NCBI GenBank assembly: GCA_903813345.2
Contig: CAIIXF020000001.1
Location: 14,756,001 to 14,820,000 of the forward strand
Source of the DNA: Owenia fusiformis
Taxonomy: Eukaryota
DNA: 64,000 bases
Direction of reading: 5' to 3'
A program made the translations under genes and the position numbers. Each line of letters starts with the position of its first letter. Within the stretch, counting starts at the first letter, position 1. Of this stretch, positions 61,501 through 64,000 are shown piece by piece. A model generated the notes under the pieces. That model saw only the letters and a list, made by a program, of their open reading frames with translations, had not been told where the DNA came from and did not search any database.

Positions 61501-63841
61501 TTTTTTAGTATTCCATAACCCTGGCTTTTGAACTTCTGCACTTTCCCCCCTAGGCAGACATATACCAATTTCTCCATAGTATGTGTCATATATCATATTT
61601 AAGCTTATCCAAAGTTACATTGATTTGCCAAATATGATGGTTCAAATGGTAAAAAGTAACAGGCATTTCAAAAAGTAGCGTTTTGCCAAAAAGTCCATTT
61701 CAGTATCCTGGAAACAGCCCTGACCTGAATGTGACAGAAAATATGGATGCTATTCTCGAAGATAATATATGGATATCGAGTTCTAAAAAGATGACGTTTA
61801 GGGTAGATACTCCAAGGAAACTCTTCTTATGCCTTAAAAAGGTTTTATGAAGATTACAAAACGCCATATCCCTATTTGAAGCCAGTTTAAGATCATATAT
61901 GGAAAGTATTGCTGCTGTTAACATGGCGGCTAAGGAGACACACCGACTATTGTTTTGGTGTAAAACTGACTTTAATTTTGTCCAAACACTAACTTTTGAA
62001 ATTCCTGTAACTTTTTCCATTTGTGAGTTGAACCATGATACTCGGCAAATTAATGTAACTTTGGATGAGCTTTAAAATGATATACGACACATACATGGAG
62101 TCATTGGTATATGTCTGCCTATGGGGGCCCATAATTTCGGGACACCCTGTAGCATAAAGTCATCTTGGATTAGCTAGTAAAGATCTCTCCATGAACTCCT
62201 TAAGATTATTAAAATTCATAAAAGTGCAACTAAACATAACGTAACGTACCAACGTCGAGTGGTTAAAGAGGTCGGAAGAAAACACGCCGTGGTCACATAT
62301 TAGTCACCATATTAATACTTTCATAAAATAAAATAGCATTCAACGAAAAAATCCCTTTTACCTGTTTATCTGTACTAGGGATACAGGAGCAAGTTCGTTG
62401 AACATCACTTGTAACGCATAAAACCCTTAATGCATTTTGAAATTAAATCATTGCAATGTTTAATATTATAACTCATGTATTTCAATTACAGGGACAACAT
62501 ACACTGTGAGTTGACAACGACATTTCTGATTTTTTAAATTATATCAAATGCATGAATGTTTATTAAATGTTCACCTGTCCTAAACTGTGTAGTTTAGAGA
62601 AACACATTCTCATAAAAATATTCGACACTCTTAGACGTAATGGGAGAAAATTATCAAAGGAAATGTGTAAAAAACAACATTTTTCCAACCGAAGAATCGT
62701 ATGGGTAGACTAACAACGAAAAAAATCGAGCACTGCTCGAAGATCTTTTAACGTTATTAGAAAAATAAATGTCTTCGAAATCGAATGCACGCGAAATCAA
62801 ACATAAAATCCTTTGTGTTCTCCTAAAATTTATTTTTGAAAACCTGCATCGAACCTACATCATGGTCTTCGCTCAAAATCAGTTAATAGTGACATAGTAC
62901 ATCAAAAGTGTACTACGGCATATTTTGTCACCTGTCACGTGACTGTACCTTGTCGATGGTTAGGCGTGTATAAATGAAATAAAGTGTGCAACATGTGAAC
63001 ATTTGTATGTATTTCAATTTCAGTGTTCACTCTCTGGTGATGATATGATCAAAATCTTGGTTGACTCCAGTTCTAAGTCTCTGCTGAAGACATATCTCAC
63101 ACAGGCTGTGTATGACAAAGTGAAAGACCGCAAGACTGCTCTTGGAGGCACTATTGCTGACTGCATGAGATCAGGTATGGAACCATTGCTCTGGCTATTT
63201 ATTAATGAAATAGAATAGTTGTTATTCCTTGAGTATCAAGGTAATTCTTAATGTTAGGACAATCTGAACAATGGCCTCGAGAGGAAAAGAATAAGAATAC
63301 TTGCGACTGTCATTTTTCATGGAAATGTGGTCTGGGGATAAGACAGTGGCTTTTACTAGCAGAGAAATAAATAGAGAAATGATGAGTGGGTTTTGTTAAA
63401 GAGAAAAGATACTGCATGTATCCAAAAATTATTTTGGTCAGGAGAAAAATGCTTAGAACCTGCAGGAGCCAGTGGTGTACCCTTTACTTAACTGTAACAT
63501 GTAAGTAAGTCCACTGTACTTAAAGATATGTTTACTTCCAATATGTTTGTCAAACTTCATTTTGCTGTATTCTTCCAGGTGTTGAGAATCTGGACTCTGG
63601 CACTGGCATCTATGCCTGTGACCCTGAGGCTTATGAGACCTTCAAAGAGGCATTTGACCCCATCATTATGGACTATCACAAATGCAAGTCTATTGCCCAT
63701 CCTGAGGCTGGACAGTTTGGAAATACGGATGATCTTGGTTTCACTGATCTAGACCCTGACAACAAATATGTTGTTTCCACTCGTGTACGTGTAGGGAGAT
63801 CATGTGAGGGATACGCTTTCCCACCCACTATCAAAACAGAG
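43589..63841 (+). CDS. AK: Arginine kinase, probably contiguous multi-domain (domain 1 complete, acidic linker, domain 2 partial; continues beyond the window)
   Basis: Domain 1 exons 43589-43739, 54403-54662, 54823-54971, 56891-57056, 57251-57437, 58090-58232 (352 aa) carry [66 protein letters not shown] and DISNKGRMG. Linker exon 58473-58622. Domain 2 exons 63024-63174 and 63579-63841 carry [24 protein letters not shown] and [11 protein letters not shown] identity is strong; the fusion is inferred. Confidence 0.88.
43887..44291. mobile_element. Degenerate TA-flanked MITE
   Basis: TACAGTCTACACCAGGAGG / CCCCCTGAGTCTACACTGTA imperfect inverted ends. Confidence 0.5.
44452..44538. repeat. Dispersed repeat (inverted copy at ~59557-59641)
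   Basis: TAATCGGGGAAATGCT...TATCGCAGGGGGTAAAAAGAAAGAA...GAAGCCCTGTGATCGGAGGAT is shared in opposite orientation. Confidence 0.75.
44558..45043. mobile_element. Tc1/mariner-type MITE (copy 2, inverted relative to 1461-1956)
   Basis: TA|CTGTAAAACGGGTA...TACCCGTTTTACAG|TA; the body matches copy 1 over most of its length. Confidence 0.85.
45748..46482. mobile_element. Non-autonomous hAT element with 8-bp TSD
   Basis: TAGGGCTGTGCC...GGCACGGCCCTA termini, perfect TSD TGCCAGAC, subterminal CGGAAC/TTCGG repeats. Confidence 0.9.
52310..52499. mobile_element. hAT-like MITE
   Basis: CAGTGATCTCCCC / GGGGAGATCACCG termini, repeated GCACCCACCTGA, flanks AGTCA/AGTCT. Confidence 0.7.
53594..53877. mobile_element. 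Internally deleted copy of the Transib-like family of 39736-41097
   Basis: CACTGTTCCACAACTAGTTACTTT...AAAGTAACTAGTTGTAGAACAGTG; the body matches 40826-41097. Confidence 0.8.
55608..56828. mobile_element. TIR element containing a nested pogo-type MITE at 56378-56656
   Basis: Outer AAAGGATGAGTCTGG / CCAGACTCATCCTTT; inner TACCGGATTTTCTCGCATATA / TATATGCGAGAAAATTCGGTA. Confidence 0.6.
60823..62968. mobile_element. Transib-like non-autonomous element (2.1 kb) in the intron between the AK linker exon and domain 2; contains a Tc1-like fold-back insert at ~61545-62151
   Basis: ~78-bp near-perfect TIRs starting CACGCCTAACCATCGACAAGGTACAGTCACGTGACAG; TATAA duplicated at 60818-60822 and 62969-62973; no transposase ORF seen. 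Confidence 0.8.
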
Positions 63842-64000
63842 GTATGTTAATATCAACAATTTCAAACAAAAATTATAAATTGAGGTGAATAATGGCAATA
63901 AGGGTGAAAACTTCATAAAGATCAAAAATCACCAAGAATAAATCAAAACAAATCACAACAAATCAAAACAGCAGCCAATCTCAGTCAGCGGGGATCATTA

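Noticed and set aside
61700-62020. 106-aa ORF as a transposase
   Set aside because: No recognisable DDE or DNA-binding motifs; lies inside a fold-back MITE.

Overview
AT-rich, intron-rich animal DNA, probably from a lophotrochozoan-type marine invertebrate (inferred only from gene and repeat character). It is not prokaryotic. I reconstructed four protein-coding genes by hand from GT-AG splice sites and reading-frame continuity. (1) STARD3/MLN64 on +, 15 coding exons, 3441-18885. (2) A two-exon PC-esterase/SGNH-like type II membrane protein gene nested antisense in the last STARD3 intron, 18046-15917. (3) A 17-exon gene on +, 27603-42384, encoding a secreted ~820-aa protein: signal peptide, an alpha-carbonic anhydrase domain lacking all three Zn-binding His, then two vWA domains with intact MIDAS motifs. 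(4) An arginine kinase gene on + from 43589 that appears to continue, via a 50-aa Glu/Ala/Pro linker exon, into a second AK domain running off the window. Introns and intergenic DNA are full of non-autonomous, often nested transposons: Tc1/mariner-type MITEs, hAT-like elements with 5-, 6- and 8-bp TSDs, Transib-like, Harbinger-like, Helentron HINEs, a Crypton-like relic and a tRNA-derived SINE. The best novelty candidates are the pseudo-CA-vWA-vWA protein and the linker-joined multidomain arginine kinase. All gene models and family calls come from reading the sequence and remembered family motifs; no searches were run.
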